A DNA stretch of 64,000 bases from Planctomycetota bacterium (GTDB lineage: Bacteria; Planctomycetota; UBA1135; UBA2386), in contig OZ245838.1 of NCBI GenBank assembly GCA_965228735.1, positions 5,824,001 to 5,888,000 on the forward strand, written 5' to 3'. The notes beneath the pieces were generated by a model that was not told the DNA's origin, did not search any database, and saw only the letters and a program-made list of their open reading frames with translations. Of this stretch, positions 1 to 9,774 are shown one piece after another; position 1 is the stretch's first letter; each line of letters begins with the position of its first letter. Made by a program: the position numbers and the translations under genes.

Positions 1-146
1 TCCGCGACATGCGGCGGTCGGCCGAGCGGCAGGCGATCATGCAGGCGCTCGAGAAGGCCGACGGTGACAAGCTCGCCGCGGCGGCTGCGCTCGGCATGTC
101 GCGCAGCACGTTCTATCGCCGGCTCAAGGACCTGGGCGTCTCCTGA
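1..146 (+). CDS. C-terminal fragment (Fis-type HTH) of a probable sigma54-dependent NtrC-family activator; truncated by the window start
   Basis: Frame from nt 3 reads RDMRRSAERQAIMQALEKADGDKLAAAAALGMSRSTFYRRLKDLGVS* (TGA 144-146), the classic HTH_8 tail. Confidence 0.8.
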   Translation, partial: RDMRRSAERQAIMQALEKADGDKLAAAAALGMSRSTFYRRLKDLGVS

Positions 147-177
147 GTCGGCCGCCTGTGTCCGCTGTCTGGGTCGG

Positions 178-2856
178 TCAGTCGCGACCGCGCCGAACCG
201 GAATGCCAGCGGCCGCGTCGCCGTCGTCCTTCGGGCCGTCGACGCCGTCTGCGGCCGGAATCTCGGGCGGCGCGATCAACGGCAGCTCGCACGTCAGCCG
301 GTCCGAACCCGCCGGGATCTCGAGCTCGGCCTCGCAGAGCGGCGGCAGCGAGTGACGGTCGCGATCGGTGCGCATGTGGCGCACCGCGCTGCGGGCGTAG
401 AACGCGGCGGTCCCCGGTGGCAGTGCGAGCGTCAGCGTCTCGCTGTCGGTCGGCCACAGGATGCCGTTGCCGCTGTCGTACTGCCGGTTGCCGAGGCGTG
501 CCGCGTCCGCCCCGGTCGGGGCGAACCGAACCTCGATCCGGTCGAACGCCGCCGGCTCGTCGACGCCCGCGAGCGTGGTCAGCTCGAGGTCTACGCGCGT
601 GAGGTCGAGCTCGACATCGACCTCGTGGGTCGCCGCGGTGTCGACCTCGGTCCGTTCGGTCGCGCGGTGCAGCGTGATCCCGCTGCGGAAATCGACGACG
701 TGCAGCCAGTAGAGCCCGGGGCCGACGCGGATGTCGAATGCGCCATCGCGGCCGACGAACGAGCGCGGGCCCGCGAACCGCGAGTTGTACTGGATCGTCG
801 GCGCGCGGCCGTTGCGACCGGGCTCGGCGATCACGAGGAGGTGTTCGAACGCCGTCGTCGCGCGCGCGAACGTCACCCGGCCGTGGAGGCGGCCCGGGCG
901 GTCGGCGCTGCAGTCGAACTCGCGTTCGATGCCGGCCGGTCGCACCCGGAACGGTTCGATCGGCAGGTAGAGATCGTCGCCGAGCCGCGGCTTCGACGGC
1001 AGGCGCAGAACGATCTCGTGGTTGCCGAGCGGGACACCGTCGAAGCGGAACTCGTTGTCGTCGCCGAGCGTCTGCTGGCGAGGATCGCCGGCGTTGCTGC
1101 GGATGCCGCCGAGGAGGCGGGCGCCCGACGTCGCGAACGCCATGCGCGGCATCGGATTCAGCATCACGCTCGCGCCGCTGCCGACTTCGATGCCGGTCAG
1201 GCGGCCGGCGACGCGTGCGCCCGTCGGCAGCGTCAAGGTCACATCAGCGCGCTGCTCGGCCGCGGCGAGTTCGACGTGTTGCGGCTCGCCGCGCGGGTGG
1301 GACGGGTGGCGGACCTCGATGCGCCACCGCCCTTCGCCGAGGCCGGGCAACGTGAAGCTGCCGTCGGGTCCCGAGCGGACGGCGTCCTGCGGCTCGGTCT
1401 CCGGGTAGCTCGAGCGGTTGGCGGGCGGATCGAAGCGGGCCCAGATCAGCGCGCCCGCGACCGGCGTGTCGCTGTCGACGATCCGCACGACGCCGCGCAC
1501 GGTCGCTTCCGGATGCAGCTCGACCGTCACGGGCTCGTCCGCATCCGTCGGCGCCCCCGGGTCGGCGTCGCCCTCGCGCGCGGTCGGCCGCGGCACGTCC
1601 GCGACGGTCGCCGGCGCCATCCCGGCGGCGATGACGCGCAGGACGCCGTAGTTGGCCTTCGAGAGCGCCGGCAGTTCGGCCTCGCCGCTCTCGGTCGGGG
1701 TGGCGGCGTCGAGCAGCTGGCGCAGGCGATGTTCGCGGTAGCCGGTGCTGCCGACGTTGAACTTCTGCCACAGGCAGACGGCGGTGAAGCGTTCGACCGC
1801 GGTGCCGTCCGCGGCGCGCACGGCCCGGACGCGGAGCTTCGGCGCGTCGTCCGCCTCGGCCGGCGGCAGCAGCAACTCGAGGTTGGCTTGCGGGCCGCGC
1901 AGCACGCGCGAGCGAATCTCGCGTGGCGCATCGGCGCCGGCGTGGTGGCGCGCCACCAGGCGCCAGCGGCAGTCGCGGTCGAGCGGGAGCCGGAAGCTGC
2001 CGTCCGGGCCGGTCCGGACCTGGTCGCCGTTGCTGCGGAGCTCGTACGTCGCGACCACCGTCGCGCCCGCGACGCTGCTGCCGTCCTGCTCGAGCACGCG
2101 CCCCGCGATCCAACCCGTGCTGCGCAACTCGATCTCGAGCGGCGCGCCGATCGCGACGGGCTCGCGCCAGGTCCGTTCGTAGCCGGGCCTCGACAGCTCG
2201 AGGCGCACGCCGTTGCCCAGCGCGCACGGCAGATCGAAGATCCCGCCCGCGGTCGAGGTGGTCGCGCAGAAGAAGCCGTGCCGTGGGCCGACGCGAAACC
2301 GTGTCGCGCTCTCGAGCAGATCGGTGGCGACGACGCGGACGCCGGCGAGCGGGTTGCCCGCAGGATCCCGAACGCGCCCGAACATCCGGCTGCCCGCCGG
2401 CAACACGATGTCCCCGAGGTCGGGGGTCTGCCGTTCGACGGGGCGCAGCACCGCGGCGCGGCCGCGCTGGGCGACGTGGATCGCGAAGCCGGCGGTCGCC
2501 GCGTCCGCAGCGGGAAACGCGACCGTGAAGCGCCCGGCGTCGTCGGACGTCGCGAGCGGTGCACGCAGCGTCGCGTCGGTCGCGATCGTGCGGTCCGTGC
2601 CGAGCTGGATCGCGGCGCCCGCGAGCGGCGTGCCGTCGGGGGCGACGACCCGGCCCTGCCAGGCCGCAGCGCCCGCGTTCTGATTCGCCGCCGGCTGCTG
2701 GGTCGGCAATCCGCCGCCGAGTCCGATCCCGAGCGCCAATGCGGCGACGCGGATTCGGGTGGCCCGGCGGGGCCAGGACGGCCGGCGTTGGCGCGGCGGT
2801 TCCGCGGCGGCAGTCCTCGGTCCAGCGCTTCGTCGAACGTTCACAACCGCGACCAT
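178..2856 (-). CDS. Secreted protein with repeated carboxypeptidase-regulatory-like (prealbumin-like) domains
   Basis: Hydrophobic signal-like segment followed by repeated GRV(V/R)D..G.P.AGA.V...TD..G.F units; start ATG 2856 or GTG 2844. Confidence 0.75.
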   Translation of the reverse strand: MVAVVNVRRSAGPRTAAAEPPRQRRPSWPRRATRIRVAALALGIGLGGGLPTQQPAANQNAGAAAWQGRVVAPDGTPLAGAAIQLGTDRTIATDATLRAPLATSDDAGRFTVAFPAADAATAGFAIHVAQRGRAAVLRPVERQTPDLGDIVLPAGSRMFGRVRDPAGNPLAGVRVVATDLLESATRFRVGPRHGFFCATTSTAGGIFDLPCALGNGVRLELSRPGYERTWREPVAIGAPLEIELRSTGWIAGRVLEQDGSSVAGATVVATYELRSNGDQVRTGPDGSFRLPLDRDCRWRLVARHHAGADAPREIRSRVLRGPQANLELLLPPAEADDAPKLRVRAVRAADGTAVERFTAVCLWQKFNVGSTGYREHRLRQLLDAATPTESGEAELPALSKANYGVLRVIAAGMAPATVADVPRPTAREGDADPGAPTDADEPVTVELHPEATVRGVVRIVDSDTPVAGALIWARFDPPANRSSYPETEPQDAVRSGPDGSFTLPGLGEGRWRIEVRHPSHPRGEPQHVELAAAEQRADVTLTLPTGARVAGRLTGIEVGSGASVMLNPMPRMAFATSGARLLGGIRSNAGDPRQQTLGDDNEFRFDGVPLGNHEIVLRLPSKPRLGDDLYLPIEPFRVRPAGIEREFDCSADRPGRLHGRVTFARATTAFEHLLVIAEPGRNGRAPTIQYNSRFAGPRSFVGRDGAFDIRVGPGLYWLHVVDFRSGITLHRATERTEVDTAATHEVDVELDLTRVDLELTTLAGVDEPAAFDRIEVRFAPTGADAARLGNRQYDSGNGILWPTDSETLTLALPPGTAAFYARSAVRHMRTDRDRHSLPPLCEAELEIPAGSDRLTCELPLIAPPEIPAADGVDGPKDDGDAAAGIPVRRGRD

Positions 2857-2956
2857 ACGGGGGAATCCGCGACTCGGCCAAGGCCGTCCGCGCGGCGTCG
2901 GGTCGGCGGATTTGCTCCTGGCCGTCAGGAATCGAGCGTTACCATTCTCCGCACCC

Positions 2957-4531
2957 ATGCACCCGAGAACCAGCATCCACCGCACCTCCGTCACGTCGAT
3001 CCTCGCCGTTGCACTCGTCACGGCCGCCGGCTGCAGCAGCGGCGGTGGCGGGGACAGCACGCCGCCCGCCCCGACCCCGACGCTCGCGTTCGGCGCGCCG
3101 ACGATCACGCCGACCGGCGGCGCCGGTGGTGGTCGGAACGCGCTGACGGATCTCAACGGCGATGGCGTCATCGACTTCGTGGTGGTGAACGGACCGCTCG
3201 CGAACGTGTCGGTCCTCGCGGGTCAGCCCGATGGCAAGGTGGGGGTCGGCGCGACGGTGCCGGCACCGCAGCTCGTCGCGGCGACGGCGTTCGCCGACGT
3301 CGACGGCGATCGGATCGTCGACCTCATCGCTGCGAGCGGCGCGCTCGCCGAGGCCGTGTTCGCGAAGGGTCGTGGCGACGGCACGTTCGAAGCGGGGGCC
3401 GCGATCACGTTGCCGTGGGCGGTGAACGAACTGGCGGTCGCCGACTGGAACCGCGACGGCAACGCCGACCTGCTCGCGGCCAGCGCGGATGCGGGCGAGG
3501 TCGCGCTGCTCCGAGGCAATGGCGCCGGCGTGTTCGGCGGCGCCGTCATCGCGAGTCTGCCCTACGTGCCCACGCAGATGGTCATCGCCGACATGAACCG
3601 CGACACGCTGCCCGACGTGATCGTGACCGGCGTCGGCGCGGTCTCGATCGAGGTGCTGCGGAACGACGGTGTCGGTGGATTCCTGCCGGCCGTGAGCACG
3701 CCGGTCAGCGGCCGGGCCGGCACGTTCGTGTGCTGCGATCTCGATCGCGACACGCTGCCCGACCTCGTCGCGCTCGACGGCAGCGGCCTCGCCGTGACCG
3801 TGTATCGCGGCGTGTTCGGCGCGAGCTTCGTCGAAGGGATGCGGCTCGGGATCGATCAGACCGCGGTCACGGGCCTCGCGCTCGGTGACCTGGACGGCGA
3901 CGGCGTGCTCGACCTTGCGGCGGCGGCGGGGACGCGCGTTCTCGTGGCCTACGGGACGGACCTCGCGGAGTTCACCGGCGTCGAAGAGGCGTGGTCCGGG
4001 GCGGAGCCGATCAGCTCGGTGGCCGTCGTCGACTTCGCCGGCACGGGTTTCGCGGACATCGTCGCGGTCGTCGGCGGTGATCGCGTCGCGCAGCTCAGCA
4101 ACCCGCGGTTGATGCCGGTCGGGCTCGCGGGCTACGGCGTCGGCACCCCGGACTGTCGCGGTCGGATCGGCATGTGGGCGAACGGCGTGCCGCAGATCGG
4201 CAACGCCGACTTCGCCTACACCGCGACGAACGCGCCGGCGGATGCGCTCGGCGTGTTCATGCAGGGTGGCCCGGCCGACGTTCTGGGCAGCAACACGCTC
4301 GGCAACGGCGTGCTGTTCCACATCGGGTTCGACCTGTTGATCACGCGGCTGGTCTTCAGCGACCAGCTCGGCAACGCCTACATCGCGGATCCGCTGCCCG
4401 CCGAGGCGGGGCTCGTCGGTCTGCCGATCCACACGCAGACGCTGTGGTTGACCGACCTGGCGACCACGTGCACGACCGCGGCGACCAACCTCGCGAGCTC
4501 GCGGGGCATGACGGCCACGATCCAGCAATGA
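2957..4531 (+). CDS. FG-GAP/VCBS repeat lipoprotein with an unnamed C-terminal domain
   Basis: Lipobox TAAGC; multiple D(L/W/M)N.DG..D(L/F) repeats (DLNGDGVID, DWNRDGNAD, DMNRDTLPD, DLDGDGVLD). Confidence 0.85.
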   Translation: MHPRTSIHRTSVTSILAVALVTAAGCSSGGGGDSTPPAPTPTLAFGAPTITPTGGAGGGRNALTDLNGDGVIDFVVVNGPLANVSVLAGQPDGKVGVGATVPAPQLVAATAFADVDGDRIVDLIAASGALAEAVFAKGRGDGTFEAGAAITLPWAVNELAVADWNRDGNADLLAASADAGEVALLRGNGAGVFGGAVIASLPYVPTQMVIADMNRDTLPDVIVTGVGAVSIEVLRNDGVGGFLPAVSTPVSGRAGTFVCCDLDRDTLPDLVALDGSGLAVTVYRGVFGASFVEGMRLGIDQTAVTGLALGDLDGDGVLDLAAAAGTRVLVAYGTDLAEFTGVEEAWSGAEPISSVAVVDFAGTGFADIVAVVGGDRVAQLSNPRLMPVGLAGYGVGTPDCRGRIGMWANGVPQIGNADFAYTATNAPADALGVFMQGGPADVLGSNTLGNGVLFHIGFDLLITRLVFSDQLGNAYIADPLPAEAGLVGLPIHTQTLWLTDLATTCTTAATNLASSRGMTATIQQ

Positions 4532-6009
4532 GGGTCTGGCTGCCGCCGGCGCTCGGCGCGCTGCTCGCCGGCTGTGCGGCCGCGCCGGCGAGCTTCGAGG
4601 GCGTCGATCGCGATCGCATCGCGCGCGCCGCCGGGGAGCTGACCGCGTTGCCCGAGCTCGCGGGTGGGCGGGTCGGGGTCGTCGTCATGGATGCTGCGTC
4701 GGGCGAGGTGCTCGCGGAGCACATGGCCGACCGCGGGTTCGCGACCGCGTCCAACATGAAGCTCGTGAGCAGCGCCGTCGCGCTGTGGACCCTCGGCGCC
4801 GAGTACCAGGCGCGCACCGAGTTGCTGCAGCTCGGCAGCATCGACGACGGCGTGCTCGTCGGCGACCTGCTGCTGCTGGGGCGCGGGGATCCGACGTTGC
4901 CGGTCGGCGCCCTGACCGAGTTCGCGGCCGCCGTGCGGGATGCCGGGATCTCGCGGGTCGCGGGGCGGGTGCGGGCCGACGGCAGCTGGCTCGGGGACGA
5001 ACGGCGCGGTCGCGGCTGGCAGTGGGACTACCTCGACGCGGGGTATGCGGCGCCGTTCAGCGCGTTGTGTCTGAACGGCAACTGCGTGCGCGTGACGGTT
5101 CATCCGGGCAACGACGGGCGGCGACTGCAGGTGCTGCGGGAGCCGCGTGCCGAGCCCGCGCCGCACGTCGATCTCGAACTGCTGCCGGCGGGGAGCAGGA
5201 CGCGGATCCGGGTGGCCCGGGAACTCGGCAGCGATCGCATCACGATCACCGGCGAGATGGCGCGCGACAGCAAGCCGGTCGTCGACGCCGTCGCCGTGCG
5301 GGATCCGGAGGCGTTTGCGGCGGCGGCGTTGCGGCAGGCGCTCGTCGATGCCGGGATCGAGGTCGCGGACGGTTCGGCGCTCGCGATCGCCGACGCGGAG
5401 CGCATGACGCGCCGTGTGCTCGCGACCCGGCAGGCTCCGGCTCTCGCGGCGATCGTGCAGCCGTTGCTCGAGAGCAGCGACAACCTCTACGCCGAGGTCG
5501 CCTGGCGCACGGCGGCGCGGGAGGCGGGGCGCGAGCGCACGACGACGGGTGCCGCGCGGCACACGGCCGAGTTCTTCCGCCGCATCGGCATCGATCCGAC
5601 CGGCGCGGTGTTCGCCGACGGATCGGGGTTGTCGCGTCGCAATCTCGTGCAGCCGCGGCAACTCGCCGGAATGCTGCGTTGGATCGATCGGGAGGCGCCG
5701 TTCCGCGCCGAGTTCGTCGCCGGACTGCCGGTCGCGGGCGAGAGCGGCACGTTGCGGCGCCGGTTTCGCAGCCAGCCGAGTCGCGCGCGCGGGCGGGTGC
5801 GGGCGAAGACCGGGTTCATCTCCCGCGTCGTTGCGCTCTCCGGTTACGTCGAGCGTCCCGCCCCGGATGCCGCCCCGCTCGTCTTCGTCGCGCTGGTGAA
5901 CGACTTCACCTGCTCGTCCCAGGCCGCGAAGGACGCGGTCGACACGTTCGTCGAGGAGCTGGCCGCGAGCGTCGGGTGGTCGGAGCCAGCGCAGCCGGCG
6001 ACGGGGTAG
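4528..6009 (+). CDS. dacB: D-alanyl-D-alanine carboxypeptidase/endopeptidase (PBP4, peptidase S13)
   Basis: ASNMK (SxxK), SDN (SxN), DGSGLSR and AKTG motifs; lipobox LAGC; ATGA overlap with the upstream gene. Confidence 0.9.
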   Translation: MRVWLPPALGALLAGCAAAPASFEGVDRDRIARAAGELTALPELAGGRVGVVVMDAASGEVLAEHMADRGFATASNMKLVSSAVALWTLGAEYQARTELLQLGSIDDGVLVGDLLLLGRGDPTLPVGALTEFAAAVRDAGISRVAGRVRADGSWLGDERRGRGWQWDYLDAGYAAPFSALCLNGNCVRVTVHPGNDGRRLQVLREPRAEPAPHVDLELLPAGSRTRIRVARELGSDRITITGEMARDSKPVVDAVAVRDPEAFAAAALRQALVDAGIEVADGSALAIADAERMTRRVLATRQAPALAAIVQPLLESSDNLYAEVAWRTAAREAGRERTTTGAARHTAEFFRRIGIDPTGAVFADGSGLSRRNLVQPRQLAGMLRWIDREAPFRAEFVAGLPVAGESGTLRRRFRSQPSRARGRVRAKTGFISRVVALSGYVERPAPDAAPLVFVALVNDFTCSSQAAKDAVDTFVEELAASVGWSEPAQPATG

Positions 6010-6011
6010 GG

Positions 6012-6836
6012 CTACAGCGAGACCGTGAGCCCGAGCTGGAAGCCGTCGATCACGAGGTCGGCGTAGTAGTCGACCATGTCGACGCCGCCGCGCGCCGTGA
6101 GTTCGGAGTAGCGATAGCCCGCGAAGAACGTGACATCCCGCAGCGGGATCGCGTAGCTCGCGCGCAGTTCGAGATCCTGCCCGATGTCGCGATAGTCGCC
6201 GCGCACGCGCAGGTGCGGCGAGATCGCGTACTCGGCCTGGAACGCGAGGTCCTGCCATTCGGCCCGGAAGCGCGCGGCGATCGACAGGTTCTGGCCCGCG
6301 ACCGGCACGTTCTGCCGCCGCGCGAGGTCGTCGGTGAACATCCGCATCGTGAGGTCGCGGTAGGCGAACTCGCCGCCGGCGCCGAAGCGCAGTCGCAGAT
6401 CCTCGTCCTTGTAGGTCGTGGTCTGGTCGATCAGCGGGTGCAGGTAGCTGATGCGCAGCTCGTCCATCTGCGCTTCCATGCGGACGAGGTCGTCCTCGAG
6501 CAGCATGCCCCAGTCGGCGCCGAGGACGCCGTTCTTGGAGGTCTGCATGTCGAGGCGGTAGTAGTCGACGCGCAGCCCGCCGAAGCCGTCGCCGACCGCG
6601 GCGCGGAACCCGACGTCGTCCTCGTGCGTGTCCATGCCGAACAGGGCGAGGCGTTGGTAGGGGTTGCTCTGCACCGGCGCGCCGCCGCCCGGATCGGTCT
6701 CGACCGTCGTCTTGCCGCGCAGCTGGTAGATCGCGTAGTAGGGCGACAGGGTGACGCGCGGTTCTTCGAAGACGGAGGACGCGCAGCCCGACAGAGTCAT
6801 CGCCATGACGGTCAGGCCGAGTGCTGGTCCACGCAT
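6012..6836 (-). CDS. Putative outer-membrane beta-barrel lipoprotein
   Basis: Lipobox LSGC; alternating amphipathic beta-strands; C-terminal FQLGLTVSL beta-signal-like end. Confidence 0.6.
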   Translation of the reverse strand: MRGPALGLTVMAMTLSGCASSVFEEPRVTLSPYYAIYQLRGKTTVETDPGGGAPVQSNPYQRLALFGMDTHEDDVGFRAAVGDGFGGLRVDYYRLDMQTSKNGVLGADWGMLLEDDLVRMEAQMDELRISYLHPLIDQTTTYKDEDLRLRFGAGGEFAYRDLTMRMFTDDLARRQNVPVAGQNLSIAARFRAEWQDLAFQAEYAISPHLRVRGDYRDIGQDLELRASYAIPLRDVTFFAGYRYSELTARGGVDMVDYYADLVIDGFQLGLTVSL

Positions 6837-6882
6837 GCCCGAAAGGTAGCCCACGTGCCGGCCGTTTCGTAGGCTCTGGTCG

Positions 6883-7584
6883 ATGACGCAAGGCTTCCTC
6901 GAGCGCGACTTCCTCGCCTACGAACGCCACCGGCAGGATGACCCCGAGTACAACGGCCTGCGCCTCAGCGTGCGCCGCAAGCTCAAGGGGATCATCGACG
7001 GCACCGCGAAAGCGGCGAAAGCAGCCGGCGTGACGCTCAGCGCCCAGGCCGGGTTGCACCATCCGTACACGTTCAACAGCTACCGCGTCCGCGAGCAGCG
7101 GGCCTACCTCTGCCGGGGCCCCAAGGAGCGCAAGAAGCTCGCCTCGTTCTTCGGCGAGGCGCTCGGCAAGGACGCCGAGACGCACTACATCCAGACCGTG
7201 CTCGAGGCCTGCCTCGACGATCAGATCCTCGAGGCCGCGCTGCGGATCCACCCGCAGGCGTGGTGGGACGGCGAGAACCTCAAGAAGCAGCTGCAAAACG
7301 ACGACGCGGCGCTGCAGCAGTTCTGCGAACGGCTGCGCGCGCTGCCGCCGGGCTTCAACCTCAAGCTGCACGACTGGCGCAAGGATCACTGGTGCGCCGG
7401 CATCAAGCCGGGCGACGTCAAGGAGCTCATGACGCACTACACGCCGGGCGAACATTGGCTGCACGTCCAGCGCCAGCTGCCGAAGGAGGACGCGGTCGAG
7501 ATGGGCCCCGAGACGGCAACCTGGGTCGAGACCAGCCTGATCGCGCTGCTGCCGACCTACCAGTCGATCCTCTGGACGCCGTGA
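6883..7584 (+). CDS. Hypothetical cytoplasmic protein (possibly DUF1054/YktB-like)
   Basis: Host-like GC3 codon usage and globular sequence; family resemblance is weak. Confidence 0.6.
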   Translation: MTQGFLERDFLAYERHRQDDPEYNGLRLSVRRKLKGIIDGTAKAAKAAGVTLSAQAGLHHPYTFNSYRVREQRAYLCRGPKERKKLASFFGEALGKDAETHYIQTVLEACLDDQILEAALRIHPQAWWDGENLKKQLQNDDAALQQFCERLRALPPGFNLKLHDWRKDHWCAGIKPGDVKELMTHYTPGEHWLHVQRQLPKEDAVEMGPETATWVETSLIALLPTYQSILWTP

Positions 7585-7589
7585 AGCCC

Positions 7590-7612
7590 TGCGTACGCAG
7601 GTTCCGTACGCA
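7590..7612. terminator. Hairpin between convergent genes, possible bidirectional terminator
   Basis: tgcgtacg-caggttc-cgtacgca, an 8-bp inverted repeat in the 31-bp gap. Confidence 0.45.
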
Positions 7613-7615
7613 TGG

Positions 7616-8866
7616 TCACCGGCTGGGGTAGTTCTCTTTCACCCAGTCGCCCCAGCGCTGGTCGAACGTGAGGGTCGAGAGGTTGTAGGCGTCCTTGATC
7701 GCGTCGCGCGTGGCGCCGACGAGGTCGGTCTGGTCCGGGAACCAGTTCTCGTCGACGCGGCCCTTCACGGCGAAGACGAACTTCTTGAACTTCTCGGGCC
7801 CCTTGCTGATCAGGAAGTCCATGCGTGACCAGATCGCGCAGTGGTCGTCGAACTCGATCTGTCCGAAGTTGCGCCACTGGATGACCTCGGCGAACGGCTT
7901 GTAGTCCTTGCCGCCGGCCGCGACCATCCCGCGCACGTAGGGCGCCCAGTTCCACTTCGTGTTCTGCAGCGCCGCGCCGCCTTCCTGCTGGTCGAAGCTC
8001 GGCCAGCGCGGGCTCACGCGCCGGCTCCAGTAGTGTCCGAAGCCCTCGCGGATCCAGACCGGCAGGTCGTAGGTGTAGTAGCGGAAGCCGTCGAGCAGCA
8101 GCTGTGCGGTGTTGAAGATCACCGCCGCGTGCATCGCGGTGTCGTGCTTGAGGCGACCGTCGTCGCACTCCTCGGCGACGCACAACATCAGCGACCCGTT
8201 CTCCTTGAAGTGCCACCGCTGCGGGAACTTCGTGTTGCGGCCGATGAACGTGTTGAGGTAGAGCTCGTGCGTCGCGAGCTTCTCGAACATGAGGATGTTG
8301 TACTTGTCCTTCATGCCGAGGAACGGACCCATGCCCATGTAGATCGCGCCGGGTTGCCGGATGATCTTGTCGGCGGCCGCGGGGAAGTCCTCGTCCTTGA
8401 CGCCGAACAGCGCCTGGACCTCGGCGTAGTGCGTCTCGAGCCGATGCGCGAACAGGTGCGCGCGCAACCACGGGTCGAGTCGGCGCGTCTTCGGGTTGAT
8501 GCCCGGCAGCTTCTTCTTCAGCTCGGTGAGCTCGGCGCGGATCTTCTTGCGCGTCTTGGCGTCGGTCGGCACCGACCACTGCGGCAGCGCGCAGCCGATG
8601 CGGAAGTGCGCCGTCTCGATCCAGAGGATCTGCACGTACTGCAGCTTGTCCTCGATGTCGGTCGTCATCGTCGCGCGATCCGCGATGCCGCCGACCTGGA
8701 ACGGGCCGAACGAGACGTAGCCGGCCTTGTCGAGCGCCTTCTGCTCGTTCTTGGTGTACGGGTCGATCTTCCACTTGGGCGTCTTGTCGCGCTGCGCGGC
8801 GGCGGGCGTCGCCAGCAACGCCATCGAGAACGCGAGGAACGCCAGGATCGACGGTCGCAGAGTCAC
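7616..8866 (-). CDS. Secreted hypothetical protein with a degenerate zincin/peptidase MA-like fold
   Basis: Signal peptide (…ALLATPAAA-Q); LPVWIREGFGHY motif; HExxH replaced by FNTAQ; GTG start 8866. Confidence 0.7.
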   Translation of the reverse strand: MTLRPSILAFLAFSMALLATPAAAQRDKTPKWKIDPYTKNEQKALDKAGYVSFGPFQVGGIADRATMTTDIEDKLQYVQILWIETAHFRIGCALPQWSVPTDAKTRKKIRAELTELKKKLPGINPKTRRLDPWLRAHLFAHRLETHYAEVQALFGVKDEDFPAAADKIIRQPGAIYMGMGPFLGMKDKYNILMFEKLATHELYLNTFIGRNTKFPQRWHFKENGSLMLCVAEECDDGRLKHDTAMHAAVIFNTAQLLLDGFRYYTYDLPVWIREGFGHYWSRRVSPRWPSFDQQEGGAALQNTKWNWAPYVRGMVAAGGKDYKPFAEVIQWRNFGQIEFDDHCAIWSRMDFLISKGPEKFKKFVFAVKGRVDENWFPDQTDLVGATRDAIKDAYNLSTLTFDQRWGDWVKENYPSR

Positions 8867-8874
8867 AGCACGTC

Positions 8875-9774
8875 TCACAGTTTGCCCTTCCACTTCTTCG
8901 CTTCGTTGATGACCTGGAACACGCTGAGTTTCTCGAGCGGCTTCTCGCCGTGGATCACGCGCAGCGCGTTCACGGCCTCCTTCTTGACCGCGTGCTGACT
9001 CGCGTCGAGGTAACCCTTGAGGATCATGTGGTGATTCTCGTTCGCGAGGTAGCGCGCGAGCCGCAGGCCGGCCATTTGATCCGCCGCGGAACGCTTCGCG
9101 ATCAGCTCGAACACGACGTTGCCGCTCGCCGGCGAACGGATCGGGGTGAGCGACGTCGCGACGAGGTCGCCGACCTGTTCCCAGTGCGTCTTGCTGTACT
9201 CGAGCACCGACTCGACCTGCGTGAGGTCGCCGAGTGCGAGCGCGCCGAGCGCGCCGTAGAACGCGATCTCCGGCTCCTTGTCCTTCTTGGCTGCGGTCTG
9301 CAGCACGGTGAGCAGGCTGCGATCGCGGAACTCGCACAGCCGCCGGACGACGTAGCGCCGCAGCTCGACGCTCGGCTTCTTCAGCTCGCGCGCGAGCAGC
9401 GCCGAGTGCCGCGCGTCGACGATCTCGTCGAGCACCGAGAACAGGTGCTCGTTGATGTTCTCCGCGCGGTCCGTCACGCGCTGCATCAGCCGCGGCGCAG
9501 CGCCTTCGCCGAGCTTGATCAGCACCGCCCGGGCGCCGTCGTGCAGCTCGGCCTTCGGCTTGCGAAACTGCTTCAGCGTCGCGGTCAGGCGGCGTGACTC
9601 GGCCGTCTTCAGCTCGGGCCACTCGGTGAGCTTCGGCGGCTCCTGGGCCTTGCCGTCGCCTTCGCCCTGGGCGCTGACGGGTGCGGTGGCGAACACCGTG
9701 AGCAGCGCCGCGAGTGCTCGGCAGCTGACTCCGGCGCGAACTCCGGTCCGAATCGACTTCGACGTCATGGTCAC
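8875..9774 (-). CDS. Secreted HEAT-repeat protein
   Basis: Signal peptide (…TAPVSA-Q); alpha-helical repeats such as VKKEAVNALRVI; GTGA overlap with the upstream gene. Confidence 0.7.
   Translation of the reverse strand: MTMTSKSIRTGVRAGVSCRALAALLTVFATAPVSAQGEGDGKAQEPPKLTEWPELKTAESRRLTATLKQFRKPKAELHDGARAVLIKLGEGAAPRLMQRVTDRAENINEHLFSVLDEIVDARHSALLARELKKPSVELRRYVVRRLCEFRDRSLLTVLQTAAKKDKEPEIAFYGALGALALGDLTQVESVLEYSKTHWEQVGDLVATSLTPIRSPASGNVVFELIAKRSAADQMAGLRLARYLANENHHMILKGYLDASQHAVKKEAVNALRVIHGEKPLEKLSVFQVINEAKKWKGKL

Noticed and set aside
64..3888. 1274-aa + strand ORF
   Set aside because: Arg/Ala-rich shadow ORF antisense or out of frame to the real genes at 178-2856 and 2957-4531; a typical high-GC artefact
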